Shown one piece after another: positions 1 to 11,368 of a DNA stretch of 64,000 nt. Within the stretch, counting starts at the first letter, position 1. Each line of letters starts with the position of its first letter. The position numbers and the translations under genes were made by a program. Source of the DNA: Piromyces finnis finn (taxonomy: Eukaryota > Fungi > Neocallimastigomycota); the NCBI GenBank assembly GCA_002104945.1, contig MCFH01000096.1, positions 35,032 through 99,031 on the forward strand, read 5' to 3'. The notes under the pieces are model-generated. The model saw nothing but the letters and a program-made list of their open reading frames with translations. It searched no databases and was not told where the DNA came from.

Positions 1-595
1 TTAAGTAGCCTTCAATTGTACAGTACCATATATCAAAGTTGGAACTGCCTTGTAATTTATCCCTTTCGCTTAATATGAATTCAGGCATTTTATTTATATT
101 TTATAATATTTCTTTGTGAGCCAGTTGAGACTTTTAATCTGTTAGAATTTTAGGTTTTTTAATATTTACTTTATTATGGTAATTTATTAATATTTCATTA
201 CAAAGATTTAATGAACAATTACAAGTTTGTATTTATACTAAAATTTATGGCTTATGCTCTAATACATACATTATCAATACATTACATTATATTAAATACA
301 TTTTATTAATGAATAAGGTTTATAATAAAGTTTGAGATTTTCTAACAAATTTAGCTCTTTTCAATGTATAAGAAAAAACGCGTTCCTATATACTTGTATT
401 ATGATAATAATAAATATTAATAAATAAATAGTTAAAATAAATATAAAACAATAAAAATTAATTATACAAATATTTTTTTTATATTGTTTGTGTTATATAT
501 AATATCATAACTATTAATATAAAAATAATATAAAATATAATCTTTCAAATAATTATTAGTTAAATTAACATTAACAAAACATTAAGTAAAATTAT

Positions 596-667
596 AGGGG
601 CGTTCCGGATTTGAACCGAAGACCTATTGATCTGCAGTCAATTGCTCTACCGCTGAGCTAACACCCC
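596..667 (-). tRNA. tRNA-Cys(GCA), copy 1
   Basis: Reverse complement GGGGTGTTAGCTCAGCGGTAGAGCAATTGACTGCAGATCAATAGGTCTTCGGTTCAAATCCGGAACGCCCCT. 72 nt, 7-bp acceptor stem, GCA anticodon, TTC T-loop. Confidence 0.97.
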
Positions 668-678
668 ATTCTTATTGT

Positions 679-733
679 TGTCAAAAAGCGATTTTTTTAT
701 TAAAGAAAAGTGTGGTAAGCACACTAGTTATAT
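679..733 (-). repeat. Family A LTR, U5-end 55 bp (left part of a solo LTR split by element B)
   Basis: Reverse complement of the end of the A LTRs at 33547-34169 and 39623-40245. The sequence resumes at 7420 after the TATAT duplication. Confidence 0.93.
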
Positions 734-1376
734 TGTCAAAATCACAATTCATGAAATTTGACATTTCATGAAATTTCATAATTTTGAATTAATAGTTAAA
801 TTAATTAAAATATTAATTTAATAATATTTTACTAATAATAGTTTATTTAATATAAATATTAATTGGAAAGCTATTTATTATCCGGAGATAAATAGAGTGT
901 AACAATTAATTAATATTAAACAAACCAATTAGTAAAATAAGATTCATTTAAATAATTATTAATATTATTTTTAACAACTTATTAATATCGATATTTAAAG
1001 AAAATTATATTATTATTACTATTATATTTTATTAATATTTATATTTATATTATTATACATGTATAACTTAAATTATATTATTATTATACTTTATTAATAT
1101 CAACATTATATTAAAAATGAAGTATAAATAAGTTGAACAAAGAACAACTTTAAGAAGTTCTTTGTGAGATTATTATACTCATTTTTATATAGTAAATTCA
1201 ATATTTAAAATTAATAATTATCATTTACTTATATTATAAAAATTAAATAAAATATTTCTTAAAAAACTATATTTATTACTCTTTTACTTATAAAAATTTA
1301 TTATTTACTATATAATTAAGCCTATCCTAACCTAGTAGACTTAATTATAATTCTAAATCCACTCTAACTCTTGACA
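734..1376 (+). repeat. Family B 5' LTR
   Basis: Direct repeat of 6777-7419. Confidence 0.96.
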
Positions 1377-1386
1377 ATAATCTCAC
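1377..1386 (+). promoter_or_regulatory. Self-priming PBS of element B
   Basis: ATAATCTCAC is complementary to GTGAGATTAT at 1164-1173 inside the LTR. There is no TGG-type tRNA PBS. Confidence 0.8.
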
Positions 1387-1410
1387 CTTAACTTTGGTTA
1401 CTACCTTAGG

Positions 1411-2511
1411 ATGGCAGAACAAAACTTTGCTAGCTCTTGGCAAACTATGGATGAAGTTAATCAACTCCGCGAAGATGCTAAAACTACTGCTGTAGACATT
1501 ATGAACAGCGTTCAAGAAAACTTTGCTACTATTAGTCAAGTTAAAGACTTTGAAAAACATATTGAATCTCAGTTTCAAGAAATTAAAAGAAATACTGCTA
1601 ATTTCGCACAAGTTTTGGAATCGGTCTCTAACAATATCAACACCATTCAAGAGTATTTAAATAAGAATGGAAAACCAAGTGGTGGTCAGCCAGACCTAAC
1701 CCCTTCAGTTGCCCCATCTACATCTACAAAATATGATTTGGATTTTGATGTAATAATGAGATCAAAATATTCCACTCCAATAAATCAAGTTCCAGACCCA
1801 GGTCTTTTTTCTGGTGATCCTCATGAAACTGAACTATTCTGTCAAATTTGTGAAGATACTTTTAGCACCTATCCTAATAAACATATGATGGAAGAAGCCA
1901 AAATTAATTTTGTTAAAACAAGATTAAGAGGAATTGCTAGAACTTGGTATTTAACAAGATACAGTGGAAATACCCATCCCTCTACTATGTTCGAATTATT
2001 AGGAGAATTAAAAAACGCTTTTCCAAATGTTTCAAGCCGTAAATTAGCTAAGATCAAGCTAAGTAAATTGAAACAAACATATGGAAAAATTAATGAATAT
2101 ATGGAAGAATTTAGATCATATATTCAATATTTTAACTGGGATCAAGAGGCTGTTACTCTTATGTTTTATACTGGTCTTCATCCTAAGTATCAAGAAGATA
2201 TTGAAAGATTAGATGACTTTCCTACTACTCTCGAAGCTATTTTCACAAGATGTATTTTATTTGAACAAAACAATGTTTCAAATAAAAAGTTAAACCAAAT
2301 TAATAATAAAAGCCATGGAAGAAAAAATTCATTTTATAATAACAATAACAATAATTATAATAATAATAGAAACAATTATCAAAAATATCACAATAATAAT
2401 AATAACAATAATAATTTAAAATCTAATTATTCAACTAATAATAATGGTGGTAATAATAATAATAATTATTCCACTACAAAAACCCAAAAAATTTCTTCAA
2501 AAAATTTTTAA
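1411..2511 (+). CDS. gag: Gag (retrotransposon capsid) with Asn-rich C-terminus, family B
   Basis: ORF directly after the PBS. Retrotrans_gag-like segment (FVKTRLRGIARTWY...LKQ...INEYMEEF). Homologous to the 18522-19553 Gag. Confidence 0.85.
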   Translation: MAEQNFASSWQTMDEVNQLREDAKTTAVDIMNSVQENFATISQVKDFEKHIESQFQEIKRNTANFAQVLESVSNNINTIQEYLNKNGKPSGGQPDLTPSVAPSTSTKYDLDFDVIMRSKYSTPINQVPDPGLFSGDPHETELFCQICEDTFSTYPNKHMMEEAKINFVKTRLRGIARTWYLTRYSGNTHPSTMFELLGELKNAFPNVSSRKLAKIKLSKLKQTYGKINEYMEEFRSYIQYFNWDQEAVTLMFYTGLHPKYQEDIERLDDFPTTLEAIFTRCILFEQNNVSNKKLNQINNKSHGRKNSFYNNNNNNYNNNRNNYQKYHNNNNNNNNLKSNYSTNNNGGNNNNNYSTTKTQKISSKNF

Positions 2512-2544
2512 ACAATGAACACCATAAGACGTCAATGGATGTTC
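2502..2544 (+). promoter_or_regulatory. Putative -1 ribosomal frameshift signal (A AAT TTT plus hairpin)
   Basis: In-phase heptamer at the gag stop. The pol frame is -1 and open through to the ATG at 2535. Hairpin GAACACCAT/ATGGATGTTC at 2517-2544. Confidence 0.7.
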
Positions 2545-4868
2545 ATAATACACCAAAAATTATTTATTATAATTTCCCATCTCTAGAGAACAAAGAAAAT
2601 CCCAATTTAAATTCATTTCTAACCTTTAATTCATATATTCCTAAAGAATTTCTAAATAACAACTCTAATTTTATTACCAATTCTCCAATAACCTGTAATT
2701 CAATACTTGATTCAGGTTCCTCATGTAACTTTATTTCTACCATATTTGTAGAAAAATATAATTTAATTAAAAGAAAATTAAAAAACAAATTGATTATAAA
2801 AGGTATTAGTGGGTTTACTACTGATATCAATAATTATGTTTATTTAAAATTTCAATTAAAAATTTTTATCAAAAATAAATTTTATTTTATATCTTTTAAA
2901 GAAAAATTCTTAGTTTCAGAACATATTCCTATGGATTTATTATTTGGAAATAAATTCATGAAGAAATTTAAGATTCATTTTAATTATAAAAATAATCATT
3001 TATATTGTAATAATTTTAAACACTTCAATAATAAGAATTTAAAAATTTTTTCAAAAAATTTAAAAATTTCTCATTCTAAAAAAGATTTTAATAATTCATT
3101 TTCCGATAATACTAATAATAATTCTACTAATTTCTCTCATAAATCTAATCGTCAAGTTAAAGATAATAATTCTACGTCTTTTAATAAGAGTGATATCAAT
3201 TATTTTATCCATTCATTTTTATCTGAAAATGTCGAAAATTTTGAAGATGATGAAGAAAATGACCTAACCCTTATCATGGATGATATCCCTAATGAATATA
3301 AAGATCTTGCTGTTGTTTTCAGCAAATCAAAAGCTGATAAGTTACCTCCACACCGTTTAACTGATTGTAAAATAGTCCTAGAAAATGACGCCACTTTACA
3401 TTATGGACCTATCTATCCTTTATCAAGACAAGAGGAAGAAGCCTTACAAGAATATATTAATGAAAATCTTAAAAAAGGTTTTATTAGGCCCTCTGAATCT
3501 CCTGCAGGTTACCCTGTTGTTTTCCAGAAGAAAAAAGATGGCTCATTAAGGGTCTGTATTGATTACAAAAAGTTGAACGCTGTAACAGTAAGAAATTCGT
3601 ACCCTTTACCTTTAATTTCAGATATCATTGAAAGGGTTAGGGGTTCAAAAATTTTCACTAAATTGGACTTGAGATCAGCTTATAATTTGATAAGAATAAA
3701 AGAAGGTGATGAATATAAGACTGCTTTTAGAACAAAGTTTGGTCATTACGAATATTCAGTAATGCCATATGGATTAAAAAATGCTCCAGCAATATTTCAA
3801 TCATTCATAAATTCAATATTACGCGAATATTTGGATAAATTTGTTATTTTATACATGGATGATATTTTAATTTTCTCAGAAAATCTCAACGATCATATCA
3901 ACCATGTAAGATCTGTTTTAGATAAATTAATACAAAACAACTTATATGCAAAATTTGAAAAATGTGAATTTCATAAAAATGAAGTTGAATTCTTAGGTTT
4001 CACTATTTCAGGTAATGGTATCTCTACTGATCCAAAGAAGATCGAAGCTATTAAAGAATGGCCTAGACCAAAATGTGTTAAAGATGTTCAACGCTTTCTT
4101 GGTCTTTGTAATTATTATAGAAGGTTTGTTAATAATTTTGCCAAAATCGCCAAACCTTTACATAATTTAACTAGGAAAAATGTTAAGTTTCATTGGAATA
4201 AGATATGTGATGATGCTTTCGTAAATTTACAAAATAAATTAATTACCTCTCCCGTTTTAGTTTTTCCTGACACTAATAGGCCGTTTATAGTAGAATGTGA
4301 TGCCAGCAATTTCGCAATAGGTTCCGTTTTATCTCAATATGATGATGATAAAAAACTACATCCTGTTGCTTATTTTTCCAGAAGTTTAAATGATACAGAA
4401 AGGAACTATTCTATTACAGATAAAGAACTTCTTTCTATTAAATCTGCTTTTTCGGCTTGGCGACATCTACTTTTAGGTGCTAAATTTAAAGTAAAGGTTT
4501 ATACAGACCACCGCAATTTACTTTATACTTTAGGTGGAAAAATTCAAAATCAACGTCAACATCGTTGGCATCTCTTCTTTCAAGAATATGATTTTGAATT
4601 AATTTATCGCCAAGGAAGAAAAAATGGTAAGCCAGATAGTCTCTCTAGAAGACCTGATTATAATTCTGGTAATGAACAAATAAAACCTGAGCATATTTTA
4701 GATATAAAAAATGTTAAAAACATTCCATGTTTTGTGGGAATTCTTAGTGACTTTATTGATAAAGTTATCGAATATACAAAAAAGATAATACTGCAAACGA
4801 TATTAGATTATATTTTGCACCAAATAATGCTAATCAAGGTTATTTTTATAGACCTTTTAGAAAAATGA
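2535..4868 (+). CDS. pol: Pol N-terminal part: protease, reverse transcriptase, RNase H (family B)
   Basis: ILDSGSS protease site, YMDDIL RT motif, ECDASN/TDHRNL RNase H motifs. The frame slips at the A-run 4778-4783. Confidence 0.93.
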   Translation: MDVHNTPKIIYYNFPSLENKENPNLNSFLTFNSYIPKEFLNNNSNFITNSPITCNSILDSGSSCNFISTIFVEKYNLIKRKLKNKLIIKGISGFTTDINNYVYLKFQLKIFIKNKFYFISFKEKFLVSEHIPMDLLFGNKFMKKFKIHFNYKNNHLYCNNFKHFNNKNLKIFSKNLKISHSKKDFNNSFSDNTNNNSTNFSHKSNRQVKDNNSTSFNKSDINYFIHSFLSENVENFEDDEENDLTLIMDDIPNEYKDLAVVFSKSKADKLPPHRLTDCKIVLENDATLHYGPIYPLSRQEEEALQEYINENLKKGFIRPSESPAGYPVVFQKKKDGSLRVCIDYKKLNAVTVRNSYPLPLISDIIERVRGSKIFTKLDLRSAYNLIRIKEGDEYKTAFRTKFGHYEYSVMPYGLKNAPAIFQSFINSILREYLDKFVILYMDDILIFSENLNDHINHVRSVLDKLIQNNLYAKFEKCEFHKNEVEFLGFTISGNGISTDPKKIEAIKEWPRPKCVKDVQRFLGLCNYYRRFVNNFAKIAKPLHNLTRKNVKFHWNKICDDAFVNLQNKLITSPVLVFPDTNRPFIVECDASNFAIGSVLSQYDDDKKLHPVAYFSRSLNDTERNYSITDKELLSIKSAFSAWRHLLLGAKFKVKVYTDHRNLLYTLGGKIQNQRQHRWHLFFQEYDFELIYRQGRKNGKPDSLSRRPDYNSGNEQIKPEHILDIKNVKNIPCFVGILSDFIDKVIEYTKKIILQTILDYILHQIMLIKVIFIDLLEK

Positions 4869-6214
4869 ATAAATTCAAGATTCAAAATAATATGATTCTT
4901 TATAATAATTTAATATATATTCCTGAAGCTTTAAGATTAGAAGTACTTATGCGATACCATGAAAATCCTGCTGCTGGTCATTTGGGTATTAAAAGAACTG
5001 AAGAATTAATTACTAGAAACTATTGGTGGCCAAAAATTCATAAAGATGTAACTGAATTTGTTAATTCTTGTGAAACTTGTACTAGAAACAAATTCAATAA
5101 ACACAAAAAATATGGTCCTTTACAACCTTTAGAAACTCCTGATAGACCATGGCGTTCTGTTGAAATTGACTTTTTATGTGGTTTACCTGATTCTAAAGGA
5201 TATACTGTTCTAATGGTTACTGTAGATAGATTTTCAAAAATGATTCATTTAGTTCCTTTTAAGAAAATACCTGATGCTAAACAAACAGCTACAGCTTTTA
5301 TTAAAAATATATTCAAACTTCATGGATTACCTTCTGATATTTATACTGATCGCGGTTCTCAATTTACTAGTGATCTTTGGAATAGTTTAATGGAAGAACT
5401 TAAAGTTAAAACTAAAATTGCTACCACTGATCATCATGAAACGGTCGGGCAAGTTGAAAGATGTAACTCTTTTATTGAACAATATCTCCGCTGTTATTCA
5501 AAGTCCTATTATCATGATGATTGGGTTGAATGGATTCACTTAGCCGAATTTGTTTATAACAATTCTATTAATGAGTCTACCAAACAAAGTCCTTTCTTTA
5601 TTAACTATGGATTCCACCCTCCTGTTGATGATGTTTTCCTTTATGACAAATCCTATACTAATAATAATTTTATTAGAAATGTTTGTGATAATTTTAATTA
5701 TGTTAAAGAAGTTTTATTTAGAGCCAAGGATTTATATAAAAAACATGCCGATAAGAAAAGGATGTCACCTCCTATATTTAAAGTTGGCGATAAAGTTTGG
5801 ATTCAAGCTCCTCCATCCTTTTCTACGGAAGAAACTCCAAAACTTTCTCCTTGTAAATATGGACCCTATAAAGTTTTATATGTTTTGGAAAATAACAATT
5901 ATAAAATAGATATACACAACTCTCCTTTCCCAAAACATCATCCAATCTTCCATATTTCGGAACTTGAACCTTTTATTCCTACCCCTTCAAGATTTTTATC
6001 AAGATCAAAGGATCCCGAATCAATTAAAGACATCATTGAGATTGCGGGATTTCGAACTAATTATAAACTTAAACGGTATGAATACAAAATTAGATACAAA
6101 TACCGTTCTCAATATAATTGGGTTCCTTCTAGTGAAGTTGAAGATAACCCAAGAAACCAAAATATCTTCTTATTATATTTAAAGAACAATAGGAAGCCTA
6201 TTGATATCGCTTAT

Positions 6215-6220
<6 letters not shown>
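4865..6220 (+). CDS. pol: Pol C-terminal part: integrase with GPY/F motif and chromodomain-like tail (family B)
   Basis: H-H-C-C motif, DDE core (IDF...TDRG...VER), KYGPY, YEYKIRY..YNWVP. It is continuous with the upstream ORF if one A is restored at 4778-4783. Confidence 0.92.
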
Positions 6221-6257
<37 letters not shown>

Positions 6258-6776
6258 AGAGAAAGAGAGAGAGAATGAAAAAAAAAATGAGAAAACTATT
6301 ATAATACAAAATTACTTCAATTTAACCCATCACAGATTTAAAAATTGAAATTTCAAAAATTTTTATATTCACTATTTTTTAATTATAAAATTTATTTTTC
6401 AGCTTATTATTATTAATATTTTTAATATCAAATTTTAAAAATTTCAAAAAACATAAAAAACCCTTTAAAATCAAAATTTAAAATTTCAAAAAATTCAAAA
6501 TTTCAATTATGACAGTTGTACAACATAAAAAATTTCAAAAACACATTTTTTATACAATACATATATGTATTTCATAACAAAATTTCATTTTTACCAATTT
6601 TTGACAACTTTTGAAATTTCGCGAAATGGCCATTTAAAATTCATTCCTCCATCCTCATGTGACCATTTCGAAATTTCAAAAATTTTGAAAATATTAAAAT
6701 TTCAATATTTTAAATTCAATATAAGATATTCTACTATCAAAAAATTGTCTAGTATCCAATTTTAGTGGAAGGGCGT

Positions 6777-7419
6777 TGTCAAAATCACAATTCATGAAAT
6801 TTGACATTTCATGAAATTTCATAATTTTGAATTAATAGTTAAATTAATTAAAATATTAATTTAATAATATTTTACTAATAATAGTTTATTTAATATAAAT
6901 ATTAATTGGAAAGCTATTTATTATCCGGAGATAAATAGAGTGTAACAATTAATTAATATTAAACAAACCAATTAGTAAAATAAGATTCATTTAAATAATT
7001 ATTAATATTATTTTTAACAACTTATTAATATCGATATTTAAAGAAAATTATATTATTATTACTATTATATTTTATTAATATTTATATTTATATTATTATA
7101 CATGTATAATTTAAATTATATTATTATTATACTTTATTAATATCAACATTATATTAAAAATGAAGTATAAATAAGTTGAACAAAGAACAACTTTAAGAAG
7201 TTCTTTGTGAGATTATTATACTCATTTTTATATAGTAAATTCAATATTTAAAATTAATAATTATCATTTACTTATATTATAAAAATTAAATAAAATATTT
7301 CTTAAAAAACTATATTTATTACTCTTTTACTTATAAAAATTTATTATTTACTATATAATTAAGCCTATCCTAACCTAGTAGACTTAATTATAATTCTAAA
7401 TCCACTCTAACTCTTGACA
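6777..7419 (+). repeat. Family B 3' LTR
   Basis: Preceded by the purine tract AGTGGAAGGGCGT and followed by the TSD. Confidence 0.96.
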
Positions 7420-7989
7420 TATATTAATTAATAAATATAATACGCTTTCCTATTGAAGGCGTAAAGCTAATAATATTTATATAAAGAAATTTAAATAATA
7501 TTTTTATTTTAGCAATAACTTAATATCAGCATATATTAAGTTATTAAAAATATTAAAATTTTTAAAGTTTTAGGTTTTATAGGAGTTTATAAATTTTATT
7601 AACTTTAAGTTAAAAAAATTACTAACGCTAAAGCTTCGTAATTTTTGTCAATTTTTGTTCTTTTTATACATGAACAATTTTAATTATTACATTTTTTAAT
7701 TTTAATTAATTATTATCTAATTATAAAATATTTAATTTTTATAAATTAATAATTAATATAATTATTGTAAATAGTTAATAAATTTAAATTAAAATTTTTA
7801 ATAATAAAATTTTAATAATTTTAAAAAATTTAATAATTTCAAATATTAGAAATTTTATACTTTGAAATTTTTTAATAAAATTTTAAAAAATAAATTTTTT
7901 CAAATTTTCAAATTTTCAAATTTTAAAAAAATTTTTAATTTTTTCCATGTGTCCAAATTTTTTAAATTTTTATATATGTTATTGTGACA
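7420..7989 (-). repeat. Family A LTR, remainder of the split solo LTR
   Basis: Reverse complement of 33547-34115. Ends ...GTTATTGTGACA. Confidence 0.93.
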
Positions 7990-7995
7990 TAATTT

Positions 7996-8489
7996 TATAA
8001 AAGGTGTTTTTATAATATTAGTTAATAAGTTATATAAGTTAGTTAATTAAGTTAGTTATTACCTCTCTATACGAGTTAATAACTAAATAAAGTTTTATAA
8101 AAAATAATAAAAGAAAGAAAATAAATATTATAACACGAATAAATACAAGTATATATAAATATTATTATGAAATAAATTTACTTAAATAATTAATTTTAAT
8201 TATATCTTTTATTTATTTAGTATAATTATAATACATTAATTATTATTATAGTTACTAATTTACTTTAATACTAACGCTAAAGTATTTAACGTTAGTTTTA
8301 ACTATACTATTTAACTATATTAGTTTATTTTCTTTACCACTTGATTGGGTGAAGCAAATAAACTTCCTATTTAATTAATAACCATTAATATATGGTTATA
8401 CATATATCTGGCCAATAAATGGTGACCAGAATATATGGTTTCAATTGAAATATTTGTGGGCAAACTTATGGCCACAAATATTTCTTACA
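7996..8489 (-). repeat. Family E solo LTR (diverged)
   Basis: Colinear with 26647-27140, 494 bp. The left terminal TG reads TA. Flanks AATTT and ATTTT. Confidence 0.88.
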
Positions 8490-8494
8490 ATTTT

Positions 8495-8548
8495 TGTCAA
8501 AAAGCGATTTTTTATTAAAGAAAAGTGTGGTAAGCACACTAGTTATAT
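8495..8548 (-). repeat. Family A LTR, U5-end 54 bp, interrupted by a copia LTR
   Basis: Same sequence as 679-733, broken at the same TATAT. Confidence 0.9.
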
Positions 8549-8879
8549 TGTTAATAATAGAAGACGATTAAAAAATAAATTAAATATTCAAATAAACAAT
8601 TTAAAAATCAAATTTATATTTCAAAAATTATAAAACACTTTTTGTCAGGGATAAATTTAATTTACACTTAAATTTATTTATAAAACTATTTGGTTTTTTA
8701 TAATCTTTTATTTTTTTATATTTATTTTATAATATAAATATTGTAACTTTCTTAAATCTTTTTTTAAAAATAACCAAAGAATAAAAAAATGTAGTACAAT
8801 ATTAATTTATAATTTTGTAAAATACAAATACATAAAAAATACATAAAATATTATTTTTGGAATGTATTTTATTTTCACA
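8549..8879 (-). repeat. Ty1/copia 3' LTR
   Basis: On the minus strand it reads TGTGA...TAACA and is preceded by PPT GGGGGAG (8880-8886), just downstream of a copia RNase H stop. Confidence 0.7.
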
Positions 8880-8901
8880 CTCCCCCAAAGTTATAAATTC
8901 A

Positions 8902-9427
8902 TTATTTGTATTTATATAATAAACTGTCTCTAAATATTTTCATCTTATTTTTATTCAAGTATTTAGTAAAACCATCTGCTAAATTTTCTTCTGATTTTAT
9001 ATATTCTAAACTGATTTTATTTTCTTTAATTAATTCTCTTACTTTATGATACTTAATATCAATATGTTCTGATTTTAGATTAATTGTTTCATTATTTACG
9101 TTATAAATAGTTGCTTGATTACCAATATTGATCTTTAAACATTCTTCCTTTATTTTCAATTCACTAAAGATATTTTTATACCACAAAGCTTGCTTTGAGC
9201 ATTCACAAAACCCATAATATTCTGCTTCGGCGGTTGAAGTTGATACACATTTTTGCAGTTTTGAGTACCAGCTTGTTGGTCCATTTCCTAATAAAAATAC
9301 AAATCCAGTGGTAGACTTTCTTGTTTCCTCATCTCCCCCATAATCTGAATCTACAAAAATCTTCAAATTTAAGTTTCTTTCAAAACGGATTCCGTAATAA
9401 GGATTTTCTTTCAGATATTTGAATATC
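8902..9427 (-). pseudogene. Ty1/copia RT-end and RNase H fragment (truncated)
   Basis: IFKYLK, FVDSDYGG, STTGFVF, WYSKLQKCVSTSTAEAEY, KSEHIDIKYH, ENLADGFTK are copia RNase H motifs. Confidence 0.92.
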
Positions 9428-9686
9428 TGTTGTAACGAGGAACTAGTGATAACCACTAGGTTGTTGTAGGAATTAATAATAAATAAAATAAATAAATAAA
9501 AACACAGAATTAAATAAATATTATTATTTGGATTTTATATTATTTTATTTATTATTATTGAATGTTAATAATAGCTCAAAGAGCATAAAATAAAAAATAA
9601 TTCATGGTTTTTATATTCAATATATCTATTCTAAATTACATGATTGGTTATTACATAAAAATATAACAATATTAATTTTATAAAAA

Positions 9687-9759
9687 GGAAACAGTCAGAT
9701 TCGAACCAATGACAAAATCCATATCAGACTACGACCAGTACCATTGAACTATCAAAGCC
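9687..9759 (-). ncRNA. tRNA-like Pol III unit (A box, B box, T5 terminator) with a decayed cloverleaf
   Basis: Minus strand GGCTTTGA-TAGTTCAATGG-...-GGTTCGAATC-TGACTGTTTCC-TTTTT. A-to-B spacing is that of an intronless tRNA, but the stems do not pair well. Confidence 0.6.
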
Positions 9760-9773
9760 GTTATAACGATACT

Positions 9774-10479
9774 TGTTAAGGAACCAACAAATAATGTTAT
9801 TCTTGTCATAATTAATGATTATGACCTAATCCATTATTGTTCCTAAATGTATGAAAACTTTACAATATTCTTATTTGTAAATTAATGTATACACTTAAAT
9901 TATATTTAAAATTATTAATAATTATTTTTATTGAACTTAAATTTTATTTTATTAAACTTAAAAATTAATTTAGTAATAATAATATATTGAAAATTATAGT
10001 TTATTGAACTTTTAGTTTAATTTATCAAGTTAATGAATTTTTATTAATTAAAATTATGAATAATATTTCTGTAAAATAGTAAAATTCTTTAGTTAAATAT
10101 ATTTAAAGTAAACTTTTAATGTATGTTAATCAATTTAATAATATGTATAAATATTTATTATAATAGTAATGTAATTTTATTATTCATTTAAAAGTAATTT
10201 AAATACTAAAATTAATGTAAATAATTAAAGACTAATTCTTTTAATTAACACTACTTAATTTTTTACAAAAAGTATAAAAAGGTGTATATTATAAGAATTA
10301 GAGAATAGACAGATATTTTTATTTTTATTTTTATTTTATTTTATAATTTTATATTAATATCTTAATAAAACAATTTTATTAATAAAACAATTTTTCTTAT
10401 TTCATTTTAATATTATTTTTGAGTATTAATAAATTTATTAATATTTTATAAATAAAAGTAAATTCCTCGAACCGTAACA
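9774..10479 (+). repeat. Solo LTR related to family C (C')
   Basis: Shares the termini TGTTAAGGAA and GAACCGTA(A/G)CA with C LTRs. 4-bp TSD TACT at 9770-9773 and 10480-10483. Confidence 0.85.
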
Positions 10480-11349
10480 TACTTGTTAAGGAATGAACAT
10501 AAATAGTTGAATTAGCTAGAATTTTAGGAATTAACCTTCAACTATTTATATTCCTTACTAGTGTTTAACTCTATTTTTAAAATATAAAAATTATAATATA
10601 TAATTTTTATACATTTTTCTAGTAATTATTAATATTTTTATTATATAGTTATATTATTTGTATATAGTTATTTAAGACCTTTATTATTAGTATTAGTATA
10701 ATTACTTATAATATTTTATACTTATAAATTTTACAAAATTTTATTATTAAAATAGTTATAGGTATTTTATTATTATTTAAGGTTTATTTTATTAATTAAC
10801 TTTATTGTATAATATTTTATAATTTGAAATTATGACATAGAATTTAATTATAATTTTTACTAAAAGAGGCAACTGTTACACACAAAACAGAAGATACCTC
10901 GACAGAAAAATTATTATTTATGTCTAAAAAAGGGCATAATTAATTGAATAATATAATTTTATTATATGTCATAATTAAATATATAATATATGATATGCAA
11001 AAATGTTACACATATCATAAATTAAAATTTTATTAATTATAAATTAAAAATTTTTCTATTCAAATATTAAGAGATTATTCATAATATATATTAAGGATTT
11101 AATTAATATATGTTACAGTGAATGATCCATATATTATGAATGAAATCAATTTAAATCCTTAGCTATCCAAAACCATTAAATTTCAAATAATGGATAGTTG
11201 GAAAAAGTACGAGGATTTTTGAGAAAAATTTTAAAAATTGAAAAATCAAAAATAAATTAAATGAATAAAAATTTAAAATTAAATAAATTTTTATTTTTAT
11301 AACTATTCAAGTGTTTTGTGATATCTTATTTGAACCGTAGCATAATTAA

Positions 11350-11368
11350 TGGTGGAGATATCGGGGAT
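11350..11368 (+). promoter_or_regulatory. PBS complementary to the tRNA-Ala 3' end
   Basis: TGGTGGAGATATCGGGGAT is the complement of ATCCCCGATATCTCCA-CCA (A73 and U70, the G3:U70 Ala identity position). Confidence 0.8.

Larger units (their letters stand above)
734..7419 (+). mobile_element. Full-length Ty3/gypsy (chromovirus-like, self-priming) LTR retrotransposon, family B
   Basis: 643-bp TGTC...GACA LTRs (one mismatch seen by eye), 5-bp TSD TATAT (729-733 and 7420-7424), gag, PR-RT-RH-IN, polypurine tract at 6764-6776. Confidence 0.97.

Noticed and set aside
674-7994. TSD for the split A solo LTR
   Set aside because: The flanks ATTGT and TAATT do not match. It may be a recombinant of two A LTRs, so no TSD is claimed.
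9462-9769. Possible copia 5' LTR (TGTTG... start) containing the tRNA-like unit
   Set aside because: It does not match the 8549-8879 LTR, the far end reads ...ATAACGA rather than CA, and the adjacent TGGTTATCAC is not a PBS I can assign. Left unannotated.
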